Positions 63,677 through 64,000 of a stretch of 64,000 bases of DNA are shown here, one piece after another. The DNA is taken from contig CBDCOZ010000003.1 in NCBI GenBank assembly GCA_965220085.1, positions 1,504,001 through 1,568,000 on the forward strand, in the 5' to 3' direction. Under the pieces are notes generated by a model. It worked only from the letters and a program-made list of their open reading frames with translations. It was not told where the DNA came from and did not search any database. This stretch comes from Candidatus Oxydemutatoraceae bacterium (GTDB lineage: Bacteria > Pseudomonadota > Gammaproteobacteria > Poriferisulfidales > Oxydemutatoraceae). Both the position numbers and the translations under genes were made by a program. The number at the start of each line of letters is the position of its first letter. Positions within the stretch are counted from its first letter, which is position 1.

Positions 63677-63994
63677 TCAGCCCTTTGCCTCGGTGCCGTC
63701 TTTGAAGACGCGGGATTTCTTATTGTCTTCGCCGACCTTCATCCGCACACGCTCGCCTTTGCCCGTAGCCGGGTTATACAGCATCAAATTAGACAGCGCC
63801 AGCGGGCTTTCCTGTTGCACGATACCGCCGGCCTCATTGGTGTTCGGATTCGGGCGCGTCGCTTTGTATGTCATATTGACATTCTCAACCAGCGCTTTGC
63901 CGTCTTGCGGCAGCATCCGCAAAATCCTGCCGCGCAGGCCTTTGCTCCTGCCGGCAATCACAACAACTTCGTCACCTTTGCGTAATTTTTGCAT
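63677..63994 (-). CDS. rplX: 50S ribosomal protein L24
   Basis: [16 protein letters not shown] motif. Confidence 0.95.
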   Translation of the reverse strand: MQKLRKGDEVVVIAGRSKGLRGRILRMLPQDGKALVENVNMTYKATRPNPNTNEAGGIVQQESPLALSNLMLYNPATGKGERVRMKVGEDNKKSRVFKDGTEAKG

Positions 63995-64000
63995 GACAGA

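Overview
Gammaproteobacterial chromosome segment, possibly from a host-associated (e.g. sponge-type) symbiont; the lifestyle is inference only. Positions ~20.7-64 kb are mostly core genes: an AddA/RecB-like helicase-nuclease, dsbC, xerD, lptFG, pepA, valS, ygfZ, lptE, leuS, manC, lnt, corC, ybeY, a PhoH-like ATPase, miaB, a small glycan cluster, ssb, uvrA, pstS and the alpha/spc ribosomal protein operons. Positions 1-20.6 kb are an accessory surface-protein region around parC-HAD-parE. It holds a large Cys-rich repeat protein missing from the ORF track and four tandem secreted cadherin/Ig-like modular proteins that all end in LRLR(L/I)FLEGPLR-stop, plus an orphan fifth copy of that 3' end. Three genes carry long poly-C tracts just after the start codon (two out of frame, one in frame), suggesting phase variation. 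Two have 5' leaders made of 12-bp CAGGA-rich repeats resembling CsrA/RsmA sites. A conserved palindromic intergenic module separates the genes. A degenerate IS481-like element with tandem repeats and a partly inactivated DpnII-like restriction-modification cassette, flanked by a ~108-bp direct repeat, interrupt the array.
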